Translations under genes and position numbers: made by a program
Assembly: GCA_963719225.1 (NCBI GenBank)
Contig: CAVRAY010000001.1
Span: forward strand, 2,080,001-2,144,000
DNA length: 64,000 bases
Source: Thermoanaerobaculia bacterium
Lineage (GTDB): Bacteria; Acidobacteriota; Thermoanaerobaculia; UBA5066
Direction: 5' to 3'
Notes under the pieces: generated by a model
Told to the model about the DNA's origin: nothing
Databases searched by the model: none
What the model saw: the letters and a program-made list of their open reading frames with translations, nothing else
In this document: piece after piece, positions 19,552 through 29,938 of the stretch
Position numbering within the stretch: the first letter of the stretch is position 1
How the letters are laid out: each line of letters opens with the position of its first letter

Positions 19552-20247
19552 ATGACGGAAACCGGCGGCTCGAACATTGCCCAGCTCTTCCTCTCGGCGG
19601 GACCGACGGCAAAGGCCGTCCTGATCGTCCTGGCTTTTTTCTCCCTCGTTTCGTGGGCGATCATCATCGGCCGGCTGTGGAGTTTCTCACGCGCCGCCTC
19701 CGACTCGCGCGCGTTCCTGAACCACTTCCGCAAGAGCCGCAAATTCGCCGACGTCCTCGGCATCTGCGACAAGGTCGAGTCGAGCCCGCTCGTCGGCATC
19801 TTCCGCGCGGGCTACGCGGAGCTGGACCAGCAGGTGAAGGACGGCCGCGAAGTCGCGCCGGCCGACACGGGTCGCCTCTTCGTGAAGAGCCTGGACTCCA
19901 TCGAGCGCGCGCTGGAGCGCGCGGCCGGAGTCGAGACGAAACGCCTCGGGCGCGGAATGTCGTTTCTCGCGACCACGGCGTCCGCCACGCCGTTCATCGG
20001 CCTCTTCGGAACCGTCATGGGCATCATGATCGCGTTCCAGCAGATCGCGCAGAAGGGCTCGACGTCGATCGTCGTCGTGGCGCCGGGCATCGCGGAAGCC
20101 CTCATCAACACGGCGGCCGGCCTCGTCGCCGCCGTGCCCGCGCTCATCGCCTACAACAACTTCGGCGGAAAGATGCGCGCGGCGCGGGCCGAGATGCGCG
20201 ATTTCGAGCTCGAGTTCATGAACCTGGCCGAGCGCCACTTCACCTGA
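19552..20247 (+). CDS. tolQ: Tol-Pal TolQ (MotA/TolQ/ExbB)
   Basis: ATPFIGLFGTVMGIM, VAPGIAEALINTAAGL; first gene of the tol-pal cluster. Confidence 0.93.
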   Translation: MTETGGSNIAQLFLSAGPTAKAVLIVLAFFSLVSWAIIIGRLWSFSRAASDSRAFLNHFRKSRKFADVLGICDKVESSPLVGIFRAGYAELDQQVKDGREVAPADTGRLFVKSLDSIERALERAAGVETKRLGRGMSFLATTASATPFIGLFGTVMGIMIAFQQIAQKGSTSIVVVAPGIAEALINTAAGLVAAVPALIAYNNFGGKMRAARAEMRDFELEFMNLAERHFT

Positions 20248-20260
20248 GATCGGACTTCAC

Positions 20261-20683
20261 GTGGCCTTCAAGCTCGACGACGAAGCGAACGCCTTCTCGG
20301 ACATCAACGTCACGCCTCTCGTGGACGTCATGCTGGTGCTCCTCGTCATCTTCATGGTCACGGCTCCGCTCCTTCATCAGGGCGTCGAGGTCCAGCTTCC
20401 GAAGTCCGTCGCGCAGAACCTGCCGAAGACTCCCGAGGACCCGCTGATCCTCTCGATCACGAAGAACGGAAACTACTACCTGAACGAGACGCCCATCCCG
20501 AAGTCGCAGCTCAAAGATCGCCTGAAGCTCATCCTTTCGAGGCGCCGCGACAAGGCGGTCTACCTGAAGGCCGACCGCAACCTCGCGTACGGCGTCGTCG
20601 TCGAAACCATGGACACGTTGAACCGCCTCGGCGTCGAGAGCCTGGGGATGGTGACCGAGCTCCGGAACGAGAGCCCTCGATGA
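20261..20683 (+). CDS. tolR: TolR/ExbD
   Basis: DINVTPLVDVMLVLLVIFMVTAP; KADRNLAYG. Confidence 0.92.
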   Translation: MAFKLDDEANAFSDINVTPLVDVMLVLLVIFMVTAPLLHQGVEVQLPKSVAQNLPKTPEDPLILSITKNGNYYLNETPIPKSQLKDRLKLILSRRRDKAVYLKADRNLAYGVVVETMDTLNRLGVESLGMVTELRNESPR

Positions 20684-21480
20684 CCGCGATGAGCGCGGTG
20701 ACCGCGCGGGCGGAGGCGCTTCCGGCGCCGACCGTATCCGACATCCTTTCGCGGCGCGCGCGTACCGGCATCGCCCCGCGATTCCTCACGGCTGCCGTGT
20801 CGATCCTCGCCCATGCGGGATTCCTCGCGCTCGTTCTCCTCGTGGGCAAACCGCGCAAGTCTCCGGTCTTCGTCCCGATGTCCCTTCCCGTTCGCGTCGT
20901 GAGCCCAGCCTCCCTCGGCCGGCCCCAGGCGGCGCCGGCGCCCGTTCCCGTCCCGGCGCCCGCCGAGCCGGCGCCCGCGCCCAAGGCGAAGCCCGTGATC
21001 GAGAAGCCGACGGAAAAGGTCCTTCCGTCCGCGAAGGCGATGCCCGAGCCGAAGAGGCCCGCGAAGCCCGAGAAACCGAAGCCCGCCCCGGCCGCCGCCA
21101 AGCCTTCCGGAGGACCCGCCCTCGAGCTTCCGAGCGCCGCGGGCGCCCCGACCGGCAGCACCTCGGGCGCGGGAGTCTCCTTCGGAGCGTCCGTCACCTC
21201 GTTCGACGCCGATTTCCCGTTCGCCTACTACGTGGAGCAGCTGCTCTCGCTGATCGGCGCGAACTGGTTCAAGCCCGAGTCGGCCGAGAATACGAGCTGC
21301 GTCATCTCGTTCCGCGTCATGCGTTCCGGGCAGGTCACGGACGTCAAGGTCGACACCTCGTCGGGCGTGAGCTATTACGACCGGGCCGCGGCTCGCGCCG
21401 TATACGCCGCGAATCCGCTCCCGCCGCTCCCGCCGGATTACCGGAACGAGTCGCTCGGCGTCCATCTAAAGTTCCAGTGA
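20680..21480 (+). CDS. TolA/TonB C-terminal domain protein
   Basis: TM anchor containing SILAH, Pro/Lys-rich stalk, SSG..YDRAAARAV..ANPLPPLP; lies between tolR and tolB. Confidence 0.85.
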   Translation: MTAMSAVTARAEALPAPTVSDILSRRARTGIAPRFLTAAVSILAHAGFLALVLLVGKPRKSPVFVPMSLPVRVVSPASLGRPQAAPAPVPVPAPAEPAPAPKAKPVIEKPTEKVLPSAKAMPEPKRPAKPEKPKPAPAAAKPSGGPALELPSAAGAPTGSTSGAGVSFGASVTSFDADFPFAYYVEQLLSLIGANWFKPESAENTSCVISFRVMRSGQVTDVKVDTSSGVSYYDRAAARAVYAANPLPPLPPDYRNESLGVHLKFQ

Positions 21481-21490
21481 GGGAAATTCT

Positions 21491-22933
21491 TTGAGAGAAA
21501 TAGAAGAGAGAAAAGAGAAGATTTCCTTGAAAGGGGAAGAAAGAGGGGGCCGGAAAGAGCGGCCGTGGAGGATCCGGCGCGCGGCTCTGCTCCTCTTCGC
21601 AGCGGTGCTCCTCTCCGGCCCTTCCCTTCTCGGCCAGGCGCCGAAGCCCGTCCCGACGATGTCCGGTGTCACGCAGCCCTCGAACATCGATCTCACGCTC
21701 ACCGGCACCGCCGGGGCGCGGCGGCCGCTGGCGATTCCGATGACGATCGCGCCAATTTCGCCGGACCTGCAGACGCGGGCCGTGGATCCCTTCTACACGA
21801 CGCTCACGGACGATCTCGCGGGTTCCGGCGTCTTCGTCGTGGCCGATCCGGCTCTCTACCCGAAGGGAATGCGCCCGCCGCAGAACCGCGAGGAGGGCGA
21901 CGCGTGGAAAGCGACGTCGGCTCAATTCCTCCTCGACACGCATCTCGCGTCGGACGGCGCGAACGTGACCGTCGAGGCCACGCTCCTGGATCTCGGCACG
22001 CTCAAGTCCATCCTCGGCAAGAAGTACTCCGGCGAGATGCGCGCGGCGCGGCGCATCGCCCATACCCTCGCGAGCGACCTCGTCCGGCAGTTCACCGGAA
22101 GGCCGGGCCCTTTCCTGACGAAGATCGCCTTCTCGTCCGACCGGGAACGCGTCGCCGGAAGGCAGGTCGTGAAGGAGATCTTCACGATGGACTTCGACGG
22201 CGACAACCAGCGCCGCATCACCTACTCGAACACGCTCTCGCTCGCGCCCGACTGGTCTCCGGACGGTACGAAGCTCGTGTACCAGTCGTACGAAAGGGAC
22301 ACGCCGGGCCTTTGGCTCATCGGAAAGGACGGAGGCGACAAGCGCCAGATCCCCGTCCCGACGCAGCTCAACTCCTCTCCATCCTATTCCCCGGACGGCA
22401 GGACGATCGCGTTCTGCGGCAGCGTCAAGGGGAACACCGAAATCTTCACCGTCCACACGGACGGATCCAACCTGAAACGGCTCACGGAGAACGCGGCGAT
22501 CGATTCGACTCCCCGGTGGTCCCCGAACGGGCGGGAGCTGGCGTTCACGTCGAACCGCCAGGGCTCACCCCAGGTTTTCATGATGGACCTGGAGGGAGCC
22601 AACGTGCGGCGCGTGTCGCTCGCCGGCAACTGGAACGACGAGGCGGCGTTCTCGCCGGACGGAGGAAGGCTCGCCTTCGCGTGCCGGAACGAGGGTGATT
22701 TCCAGATCTGCGTCATGGACCTCGCAACCGGGCGGACCGTTCAGATTTCGAGCGGATCCGGCGCCCACGAGGGCCCCACGTGGTCGCCCGACGGGTCGAA
22801 AATCGCCTGGGAGGTCCAGCGCGGCAATTCGACGCAAATCGCCGTCGGAAACGCCGACGGGAGCGGCACGGCGCGCATCGTGACGTCGTCCGGCAACAAT
22901 TTTTCCCCCTCGTGGATCAAGACGCTAGAATGA
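21491..22933 (+). CDS. tolB: TolB beta-propeller protein (start uncertain: TTG 21491 or 21527)
   Basis: TolB N-domain (RRIAH), TKIAF, six PD40 repeats (PDWSPDG, PSYSPDG, PRWSPNG...). Confidence 0.93.
   Translation: MREIEERKEKISLKGEERGGRKERPWRIRRAALLLFAAVLLSGPSLLGQAPKPVPTMSGVTQPSNIDLTLTGTAGARRPLAIPMTIAPISPDLQTRAVDPFYTTLTDDLAGSGVFVVADPALYPKGMRPPQNREEGDAWKATSAQFLLDTHLASDGANVTVEATLLDLGTLKSILGKKYSGEMRAARRIAHTLASDLVRQFTGRPGPFLTKIAFSSDRERVAGRQVVKEIFTMDFDGDNQRRITYSNTLSLAPDWSPDGTKLVYQSYERDTPGLWLIGKDGGDKRQIPVPTQLNSSPSYSPDGRTIAFCGSVKGNTEIFTVHTDGSNLKRLTENAAIDSTPRWSPNGRELAFTSNRQGSPQVFMMDLEGANVRRVSLAGNWNDEAAFSPDGGRLAFACRNEGDFQICVMDLATGRTVQISSGSGAHEGPTWSPDGSKIAWEVQRGNSTQIAVGNADGSGTARIVTSSGNNFSPSWIKTLE
21493..21549 (+). 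repeat. Purine-tract/GATTTCTTNGAAAGG motif copy at the tolB start
   Basis: GAGAGAAATAGAAGAGAGAAAAGA-GAAGATTTCCTTGAAAGGGG-AAGAAAGAGGGGG; core 21517-21536. Confidence 0.8.
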
Positions 22934-22997
22934 TCGGCGCCGACGGGCGGTCGCCGGACGGCGCCCTCATTCCCCCCGTCAACGGAGGCTCGATTCC

Positions 22998-23549
22998 ATG
23001 AAGCAGTCCCTCAAGGTCGGTTCGCTCACGGTCGTCGTTCTCGCGTTCATCGTCGCCTGCACTCCGAAACCGAAGCCGACGACGGCTCCGGAGCCAACGC
23101 CCGCGCCCGTTTCGACGCCCACCGTCGTGACGATCGAACCGTCGCCAACCCCGCAGCCGACGCCGCGGATGGACGCGGACGACATCACGAGGAAATCTCT
23201 CCAGGAGATTTCCAGCTACCTGAAGCCGGCCTTCTTCGATTACGACAAGGCCGACATTCGCTCCGACGCTCGCGACGTCCTCGCGGCGAACGCGACGTGG
23301 CTGAAGAAGTACCCGAGCATGCAGTTCACGATCGAGGGCCATTGCGACGAGCGCGGCACCTCGCAGTACAACCTCGCTCTCGGAGACCGCCGCGCGAATG
23401 CGGCGAAGGACTATCTCGCCTCCCTCGGCGTCGACGCGGGTCGGATCAAGACCGTGTCGTACGGCAAGGAGCGCCCCTTCGCCACCGGACACGACGAGGA
23501 CTCGTGGCAGAAGAACCGCCGCGCGCACTTCGTCGTCACCGCGAAGTGA
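22998..23549 (+). CDS. pal: Peptidoglycan-associated lipoprotein Pal
   Basis: Lipobox IVAC; FFDYDK, IEGHCDERGTSQYNLALGDRRA, SYGKERP, KNRR. Confidence 0.96.
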   Translation: MKQSLKVGSLTVVVLAFIVACTPKPKPTTAPEPTPAPVSTPTVVTIEPSPTPQPTPRMDADDITRKSLQEISSYLKPAFFDYDKADIRSDARDVLAANATWLKKYPSMQFTIEGHCDERGTSQYNLALGDRRANAAKDYLASLGVDAGRIKTVSYGKERPFATGHDEDSWQKNRRAHFVVTAK

Positions 23550-24406
23550 CCCGGCAGCGCGCCACTCGAGCCGTCCGCCTTGTTCTGGCCGCGGGATTCC
23601 TCGCGGCGGCGGGAGGCTGCGTCAGCGGAACCGACATCGACGGTCTCCACAAGCACCTTTCGACGGTCGAGAAGGAAGTCGACGCCGTCTCGAAACAGTC
23701 GTCCTCCAAGGAAGAGGTCGCGAAGCTCAACGAGACGCTCGCCAAGCAGGCGCAGACGCTCCTGCGTTCGAACGCCGATCTGGGCACGAAGTTCGACGAC
23801 CTGACGCGCGAGATGCAGTCGCTCGCCGGGAAGCTCGAGGATGCGAACCGCCGCCTGACGCAGCTCTCCCAGCAAATCGCCGAGTCGCAGGGACGCGGTT
23901 CGGCCGGAGCGGTGATCCTGCCGCCGCCCTCCTCGGCCCCGCCAGGACCCGCCGGCGTCGCGCCCGGGCCCGGCGGGGGCGGCCTCGCCGCGGCTCCCGC
24001 GGGACCGCGCGGCGCAGGCATCACGCCGGCGGATCTCTTCGCGCAGGCCACGGCCGACTACCAGCGCGGCCGATACGACCTCGCACGGCAGGGCTTCGAA
24101 GATTACGCCGAGAAGTTCCCGCGGACGGACCTCTCCGACGACGCCCTCTACTGGGCCGGGGAATGCTGGTCCGCGCAGAAGAAGCCGCGCGAGGCGATCG
24201 TCTCGTTCGACAAGCTCTTTCGCACGTATCCGCAGAGCGACAAGGCTCCGGCGGCGCATCTGAAGAAGGGCATCGGCCATCTCGAGCTCGGGGAGAAGGC
24301 CCAGGCGATGGTCGAGCTGAACTTCGTCGTCAACCAGTATCCGGGCTCCGACGAGGCCAAGAGCGCGCGGCAGCGCCTCAAATCCCTCGGCGGCGACTCC
24401 CGCTGA
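23546..24406 (+). CDS. cpoB: Tol-Pal protein CpoB/YbgF (coiled coil + TPR)
   Basis: Follows pal with a GTGA overlap; lipoprotein-like signal (AGGC), coiled coil, TPRs (ALYWAGE, YPQSDKAPAAHLKKG, YPGSDEA). Confidence 0.88.
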   Translation: MTRQRATRAVRLVLAAGFLAAAGGCVSGTDIDGLHKHLSTVEKEVDAVSKQSSSKEEVAKLNETLAKQAQTLLRSNADLGTKFDDLTREMQSLAGKLEDANRRLTQLSQQIAESQGRGSAGAVILPPPSSAPPGPAGVAPGPGGGGLAAAPAGPRGAGITPADLFAQATADYQRGRYDLARQGFEDYAEKFPRTDLSDDALYWAGECWSAQKKPREAIVSFDKLFRTYPQSDKAPAAHLKKGIGHLELGEKAQAMVELNFVVNQYPGSDEAKSARQRLKSLGGDSR

Positions 24407-24439
24407 ACGATTCACAGAGAAAGGCACCCTCGAACCCAC

Positions 24440-24718
24440 ATGGCGAACACCAAGCAAGCCAAGAAGCGCGCCGCGCAGAGCGACCGACGCCGCGCCCGCA
24501 ATCGCTCCGTCGTCACCCAGGTCCGCAACGTCGTGAAGAACCTCCGGAGGACGGCGGAAGCCGAGGCCGCCAAGGTCGGCGGCATGCTTTCGAACGCCGT
24601 CTCCGAGCTCGACGTCGCCGTGCGGAAGGGCGTCCTCCACAGAAAGACCGCTTCCCGCCTGAAGTCGCGGATCTCGAAGACCGCGAACAAGGCGAAGAAA
24701 GCCGCCGCCGCGAAATAG
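24440..24718 (+). CDS. rpsT: 30S ribosomal protein S20
   Basis: MANTKQAKKR...RN, KGVLHRKTASRLKSR. Confidence 0.96.
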   Translation: MANTKQAKKRAAQSDRRRARNRSVVTQVRNVVKNLRRTAEAEAAKVGGMLSNAVSELDVAVRKGVLHRKTASRLKSRISKTANKAKKAAAAK

Positions 24719-24754
24719 GAGAAGAAGAAAGAAGATTCTTTGAAAGGGAGAGAG
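24719..24754 (+). repeat. Purine-tract/GATTTCTTNGAAAGG motif copy after rpsT
   Basis: GAGAAGAAGAAA-GAAGATTCTTTGAAAGGG-AGAGAG; core 24731-24748. Confidence 0.8.
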
Positions 24755-25294
24755 CTGCCGTCAATTCTGATGTGCGCGGTGGCGCTTTTCTCCGCACCCC
24801 TCTCTGCGGAAGTGACGAGCGTCGGCGCGAGCGGCTTCGCCGTGAGGCACGAGGTCCCTATCAACGCCGCGCCCGGCATCGTCTACGACGCGCTCACCGT
24901 CAAGGTCGGGAGCTGGTGGAACCCCGTCCACACGTACTCGAAGGATTCGAAGAACCTGTCGATCGCGGCCGTTCCCGGCGGCTGTTTCTGCGAGAGGTTT
25001 CCGGACAGCGGCGGCGTCCAGCACATGACCGTCGTCTACGCCAGCCCGGGCAAGGCGCTGCGGATGGCGGGCGCGCTCGGTCCCCTGCAAGCTTCCGGCC
25101 TATCCGGGAGCATGACGTGGGAGCTCGCGAAGGCTGGAACCGGCGCCAAGCTCGTCGTCACGTACGTCGTCGGGGGCTACATGGCGGGCGGATTCGAGAA
25201 GATCGCGCCGGGGGTGGACGCCATGGTCGGGGACCAGGCCATGAGGCTCAGGACGTTTCTGGAGACCGGCAGCCCCGCCCCTCCCGTGAAGTGA
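24740..25294 (+). CDS. Secreted SRPBCC/START-like protein (start may be ATG 24770)
   Basis: Signal peptide; WWNPVHTYS, GGCFCE, LRMAGALGPLQ; C-terminal helix typical of SRPBCC. Confidence 0.65.
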   Translation: MKGRELPSILMCAVALFSAPLSAEVTSVGASGFAVRHEVPINAAPGIVYDALTVKVGSWWNPVHTYSKDSKNLSIAAVPGGCFCERFPDSGGVQHMTVVYASPGKALRMAGALGPLQASGLSGSMTWELAKAGTGAKLVVTYVVGGYMAGGFEKIAPGVDAMVGDQAMRLRTFLETGSPAPPVK

Positions 25295-25313
25295 GACTCA
25301 GGAGAGTCAGTTT

Positions 25314-25931
25314 CTAGAAGCCTTCGAGGATCGTCGTGACGAGGTTCTGCGCGAACGGGCGGGCCATCGCCTCGATCGCCTCGCGCTCGCGGTCGTAATA
25401 CGAGCTCGCGCTCGAGGGCACGGTGTAAGGCTGCCGGAAGAGGTATGCCGGCTCGGAGAAGATCGGCTTGTCGGTGGCCTTTTCGGTCAGGACGAGCTTT
25501 CCCGAGACCGTCACCTGGTATTCGACCGCGATCCCGTTCGCGTCGAAGCGGACGGGCGCAACCGAGCAGGACGTCAGCCGCCCCGACAGCTCGGAGTCCG
25601 CCGCGGCCCTGTCGGACACGGGCTTGAGACGGCCGCGCGCGGACAGCTCCCGAATGACGGCGTCCGTGAGGCGCTGCTCGAGCCCCACGACCGTCGTGTC
25701 GTTGATGAACGTCGGCACATAAACCGTCTTGACGCCGACCGGCAGCGCGCTCGTCCCGGTGCCCACGAGCGAGTACCCACAGCCGGAAACGGAGAATAGG
25801 AAAATGATCAAGAAAGAGAAGAGAAAGACTTCTTTGAAAGGGGAAGTACCCGGAGCGCGGCACCGGCCGCGCGGTGCGACGGACGTCCGCCCGCGACCAC
25901 TCGAAGAATCTTCTCTTCCTTCTTCCGTCAC
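25314..25931 (-). CDS. lptE: LptE-family LPS assembly lipoprotein
   Basis: Lipobox [21 protein letters not shown]; immediately downstream of leuS (known leuS-lptE synteny); GTG overlapping the leuS stop taken as start. Confidence 0.8.
   Translation of the reverse strand: MTEEGREDSSSGRGRTSVAPRGRCRAPGTSPFKEVFLFSFLIIFLFSVSGCGYSLVGTGTSALPVGVKTVYVPTFINDTTVVGLEQRLTDAVIRELSARGRLKPVSDRAAADSELSGRLTSCSVAPVRFDANGIAVEYQVTVSGKLVLTEKATDKPIFSEPAYLFRQPYTVPSSASSYYDREREAIEAMARPFAQNLVTTILEGF
25810..25926. repeat. Convergent pair of the purine-tract motif in the lptE 5' end
   Basis: + core AAGACTTCTTTGAAAGGGG 25825-25843; - core GAAGATTCTTCGAGTGG 25913-25897; purine tails point outward. Confidence 0.75.
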
Positions 25932-28540
25932 TTGACGACCAGATTCAGCAGTCGGTCCTGCACCCAGATGGTCTTCACTATTTGCTTGCCGTCCAGCCAA
26001 CGAGAGAGCGTCGCCTCATCCTGAGCCGCGGCTACCGCTTCCTTCTCAGAAGATCCTCTTCGAAGCTTGATCTCGGCACGTACCTTTCCCGACACCTGTA
26101 TTGCAATCGACGCGACCTCCTCTTTCGCGAGCGCGGGATCGAAGCTCGGCCAGCCCGACTCGAGGAGGCTCTTCCTGCCGCCCAGCCTCTCGTTCAACTC
26201 TTCGGAGAGATGCGGCGCGACGGGATGGAGGAGCGTCACGAGCGTGCGCAGCGTCGTTGCGGTCTCGCCCGCGTCCGCGCCCGCGTCGTTCAGAAGGACC
26301 GTCGCGCCGTTGAGGAATTCCATGAGGTGCGCAACGGCCGTGTGGAACGAGAACGCCCGGAAGTCCTCCGTGACCTTCTTGATCGTCATGTGCCGCGCGC
26401 GCGCCGCCGGGGTGTCGGCCTTCGCCGGCTGCGCCTGTGGATCGGCGCCCGTCTCGAGGAACCGCTCGACGGCGCTCCGAACGCGCCAGAGAAAGCGCTC
26501 CGGCCCGCTGATGCCCTCGTCGTTCCATTCGGCGTCCTTCTCCGGGGGGCCGAGGAAGAGGACGAACGCGCGCACGGCGTCAGCGCCCTTCTCGGCGATG
26601 AGCGCGTCGAGCGACACGGCGTTGCCGCGCGACTTCGACATCTTCTCGACGCGACCCGTCGGGGACAGACGCGTGATCATGCCCTGGTTGAAGAGGGCCG
26701 TGAACGGCTCCTCGAACGTCACGAGGCCGAGATCCTTCAGGATGCGCGTGAAGAAGCGCGCGTAGAGGAGATGCAGGATCGCGTGCTCGATGCCGCCGAT
26801 GTACTGGTCGACGGGGGCCCACTCCTTCACGAGAGAGGGGTCGAAAGGCGCCGCGGCGTTCTGCGGATCGATGTACCTCAGGAAATACCAGGACGAGTCC
26901 ACGAAGGTGTCCATCGTGTCGGTCTCGCGGCGGGCAGGCCCGCCGCACCGAGGACACTTCGTCTGCACGAAGGAAGCGACCTTCTCGAGCGGATTTCCGC
27001 CCTTGCCCGTGAACGGCGCGTCGGGCGGCAGGACGATTGGAAGGTCCTTCTCCGGTACGGGCACCCACCCGTCCTTCTCACAGTGGATCATGGGAATCGG
27101 CGTACCCCAGTAGCGCTGGCGCGAGATGAGCCAGTCGCGGAGGCGGTAGCGCACGCGGGGCCCGCCGATCCCTCTCTTCGCGGCTTCGGCGGCAATGAGT
27201 TCGCGGGCAGAAGAGGAAGATTTTGCTGAGAAGGGACCAGAGGCAATGAGGTTTCCTTCGCCCGTGTAGGCGACCGAAGGGACGTCGGCACCGCCGGAAT
27301 GAGATTTGTTCGAGTGGTCCCTCGCAGGCGCGACGCCGGAGCCCGAGGCGCCGCCCGACGCACGTGTTTCGCCCTTCCCCTTTTCCCCTCTAAGCAAATC
27401 TTCTTCTTTCTTCTTCTCTTCTTCGATCACGCGAACGATCGGGATCCCGTACTTCCTCGCGAACTCGAAGTCGCGCGTGTCGTGCGCGGGCACCGCCATG
27501 AGCGCGCCCGTGCCGTAGTCGGCGATGACGAAGTTCGCGAGCCACACGGGCACTTCCACTCCCGTGAAGGGGTTGATCGCCGTGCGGCCGGTGTCGCGGC
27601 CGTCCTTCTCGGCGCCCTCGGCCTCGCGCACGATGCGCTCCTGGCTGCGGACGGACGCGACCCAGGCTTCGAGCTCGGCCCGCTTCGGGCTGCCTTCGAG
27701 AAGCCGCGGGACGAGCGCGTGCTCGGGCGCGAGGATGAGCGCCGTCGCGCCGAAGACCGTGTCGGGGCGCGTCGTGAAAACGCGCACGGATTCGTTCAGC
27801 GAAGGGATCGCGAAATCCAGGTCGGCGCCCGTGGACCTTCCGATCCAGTTGCGCTGCATCGTCACGACTTTTTCGGGCCACTTGCCGAGCGTGTCGAGGC
27901 CGTCCAGCAGGCGATCCGCGTAGTCGGTGATCTTCAGGAACCACTGCTCGAGCTCTCGCTGCACGACCGCAGTGCCGCAGCGGTCACAGACGCCCCCCTC
28001 GGCCTGCTCGTTCGCGAGCACGGTCAGGCACGACGGGCACCAGTTCACGGCGGCCTTCTTGCGGACCGCAAGGCCCTTTTCCCAGAGCTTCAGGAAGAAC
28101 CACTGGTTCCAGCGGTAATAGTCGGGCTCGCAGGTCGTGACTTCTTTCGTCCAGTCGTAGAGGACGCCCCACGACCGGAACTGCTCCTTCATGGCCGCGA
28201 TGTTCGCGAGCGTCGACGTGCGCGGGTGGATGCCCTTCTGGATCGCATAGTTCTCCGCCGGCAGGCCGAACGCGTCCCAGCCCATCGGGCAGAACACCGT
28301 CACGCCCGTCTGTCGCAGGAAGCGATGGAGCGCGTCCGTGAGGAAATACGTGCGCGCGTGCCCGACGTGGAGGCGATCTCCCGATGGATAGGGAAGCATG
28401 ACGAGGAGATACGTTCCATCGCCCGCCGGCTGCGACGTGTCGACGAACGCCGCCCGTTCCGCCTCCCAGCGGTCGCGCCATTTCGCCTCGATCCTGAGGA
28501 TTTCTTCGCCTTTTGCCGTGGCGGTCGCGGTGCGGTCCAT
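25928..28540 (-). CDS. leuS: Leucine--tRNA ligase with a ~40 aa low-complexity insertion
   Basis: [58 protein letters not shown]. Confidence 0.97.
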   Translation of the reverse strand: MDRTATATAKGEEILRIEAKWRDRWEAERAAFVDTSQPAGDGTYLLVMLPYPSGDRLHVGHARTYFLTDALHRFLRQTGVTVFCPMGWDAFGLPAENYAIQKGIHPRTSTLANIAAMKEQFRSWGVLYDWTKEVTTCEPDYYRWNQWFFLKLWEKGLAVRKKAAVNWCPSCLTVLANEQAEGGVCDRCGTAVVQRELEQWFLKITDYADRLLDGLDTLGKWPEKVVTMQRNWIGRSTGADLDFAIPSLNESVRVFTTRPDTVFGATALILAPEHALVPRLLEGSPKRAELEAWVASVRSQERIVREAEGAEKDGRDTGRTAINPFTGVEVPVWLANFVIADYGTGALMAVPAHDTRDFEFARKYGIPIVRVIEEEKKKEEDLLRGEKGKGETRASGGASGSGVAPARDHSNKSHSGGADVPSVAYTGEGNLIASGPFSAKSSSSARELIAAEAAKRGIGGPRVRYRLRDWLISRQRYWGTPIPMIHCEKDGWVPVPEKDLPIVLPPDAPFTGKGGNPLEKVASFVQTKCPRCGGPARRETDTMDTFVDSSWYFLRYIDPQNAAAPFDPSLVKEWAPVDQYIGGIEHAILHLLYARFFTRILKDLGLVTFEEPFTALFNQGMITRLSPTGRVEKMSKSRGNAVSLDALIAEKGADAVRAFVLFLGPPEKDAEWNDEGISGPERFLWRVRSAVERFLETGADPQAQPAKADTPAARARHMTIKKVTEDFRAFSFHTAVAHLMEFLNGATVLLNDAGADAGETATTLRTLVTLLHPVAPHLSEELNERLGGRKSLLESGWPSFDPALAKEEVASIAIQVSGKVRAEIKLRRGSSEKEAVAAAQDEATLSRWLDGKQIVKTIWVQDRLLNLVVK
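27209..27235 (+). repeat. Degenerate motif copy in leuS (antisense)
   Basis: AGAAGAG-GAAGATTTTGCTGAGAAGGG; encodes PFSAKSSSS on the minus strand. Confidence 0.55.
27296..27424. repeat. Convergent motif pair spanning the in-frame insertion in leuS
   Basis: + core GAGATTTGTTCGAGTGG 27301-27317; - core GAAGATTTGCTTAGAGGGG 27403-27385 with a ~20 nt pure purine tail. Confidence 0.75.
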
Positions 28541-28575
28541 CGAGTCGGCGAGTGTAAACGACGAAAGGCAGGACG

Positions 28576-29481
28576 TCAGCGGCGCGCCGGCGCGGGGGCC
28601 GCGAGCGCACGCGGGTCGAGCGGCGCCCCTTCTACGGCTTCGACGATGCTCGCTCCACGCGGCCGGTAGAGCGTCAACCCGCCCGCGGCAGTCTCGAGAA
28701 CGGGCCGTTTCAGCGCCTCCGAGCGGTCGGCCACGCCGACGTGAAAACCGGCGGGCGGCTGCGTCTCGAGCGCGAGATGCTTCGCCGTGACGGTGTTCGC
28801 GAGCCCGCTCGGGTCCGAAGGCACCCAGCCCAGACCGGGCACGAACACCTCGATCCAGCGGTGGCGCACGCCTCCGAGGTCCGCGTTGAAGACCGAGCGC
28901 GACTCGGGAGTGAGCTCTCGAGCGCGCTCGGCGGTGAGGATTCCCGTCACCTGCCGGGCGGGAATGCCCGACCGGAGGAGGAGCTCGGCCGCCAGGAGCG
29001 AGCGCCCCACGCACGAGCCCCGACGCGCGCGCAGCGTGAGAAAGGCCGTCTCCGCCGCGCCGTCCGGCAGCGCATAGCGAATCCGGCGGGCCGTGAAAGC
29101 GACGACCCGCTCCACCGCCTCGAGAGTCGTCTTCGCGCCCGCGAGGAGCCTGTTGGAGAGGACGTCGAGGTCCGGAGCGTCCGCGAGCGGCCCGGCAAGG
29201 ACCGCACGCGCTTCGGCCGAGAGGCTCGCGGGAGGCGGCGGGAATGGTGCGTCCGCCGTGAACGGCTCGGCGGACACCTCGACGCGGGCTTCCAGGGCTT
29301 TGCCGTCGGCGGACGACAGCACGACGCGATATCCCGCCTCCTCCACGGCCCGCGCATAGCGCCAGGGCGCGGGACCTTCGAGCCGGTAACGTGCCCATTC
29401 CCCTGCGGCGGGCGCGTCCTGGCCCGCGGCCGGAATGGGAACCGCAAAGGCGAGCGCGAGGAGGAGGGCGCGCGACGTCAT
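28576..29481 (-). CDS. Secreted transglutaminase-like (Cys-His-Asp) protein
   Basis: Signal peptide; [34 protein letters not shown]. Confidence 0.85.
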   Translation of the reverse strand: MTSRALLLALAFAVPIPAAGQDAPAAGEWARYRLEGPAPWRYARAVEEAGYRVVLSSADGKALEARVEVSAEPFTADAPFPPPPASLSAEARAVLAGPLADAPDLDVLSNRLLAGAKTTLEAVERVVAFTARRIRYALPDGAAETAFLTLRARRGSCVGRSLLAAELLLRSGIPARQVTGILTAERARELTPESRSVFNADLGGVRHRWIEVFVPGLGWVPSDPSGLANTVTAKHLALETQPPAGFHVGVADRSEALKRPVLETAAGGLTLYRPRGASIVEAVEGAPLDPRALAAPAPARR

Positions 29482-29918
29482 CCGCCCCCTCCCCCGATCC
29501 GGGCACGCGGGCCGAACGTGGCCCGGCGTATACCGTCGAGGACGCCGTTCACGAAAGGCCCCGAGGACGGCGTGGAAAACTTCTTCGCGATCTCCACGGC
29601 CTCGTCGATCACGACGGGGTCTGGGGTGTCCTCCTCGTAGAGGAGCTCGTAGAGCGCGAGCCGCAGGAGATTGCGGTCCACGGCAGCCATCCGCCCGAGG
29701 CGCCAGTGCTCCGAGCGCTCGGAGAGCTTCGCATCGAGCTCGTCGCGCCGCGACAACGTGCCCGTGACGAGGCGCTGGGCGTACTCCTGGACCTCTGGTC
29801 TCGCGATCACGTACTCCTCGGTGCGCTCGAACATCTCTTCGGGCGGCGTCCCGGCGAGATCGTTCTGATAGAGAAGCTGAAGCGCCAGCTCTCGGGACTT
29901 TCGCCGGCGGCCGCTCAC
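29478..29918 (-). CDS. nusB: Transcription antitermination factor NusB
   Basis: [43 protein letters not shown]; downstream of ribH. Confidence 0.95.
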   Translation of the reverse strand: MSGRRRKSRELALQLLYQNDLAGTPPEEMFERTEEYVIARPEVQEYAQRLVTGTLSRRDELDAKLSERSEHWRLGRMAAVDRNLLRLALYELLYEEDTPDPVVIDEAVEIAKKFSTPSSGPFVNGVLDGIRRATFGPRARIGGGGG

Positions 29919-29938
29919 GCGCGTCCTCCGCCCGGCTT

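Noticed and set aside
20920-21120. Pro/Ala/Lys-rich low-complexity repeats
   Set aside because: Normal periplasm-spanning stalk of a TolA/TonB-like protein.
27358-27372. CACGTGTTTC resembling parS
   Set aside because: Does not form the TGTTTCACGTGAAACA palindrome; partial chance match.
28541-29506. Apparent ~320 aa N-terminal extension of LeuRS
   Set aside because: Off-frame overlap with the transglutaminase-like gene; LeuRS similarity starts at ATG 28540, which has its own -10 box.
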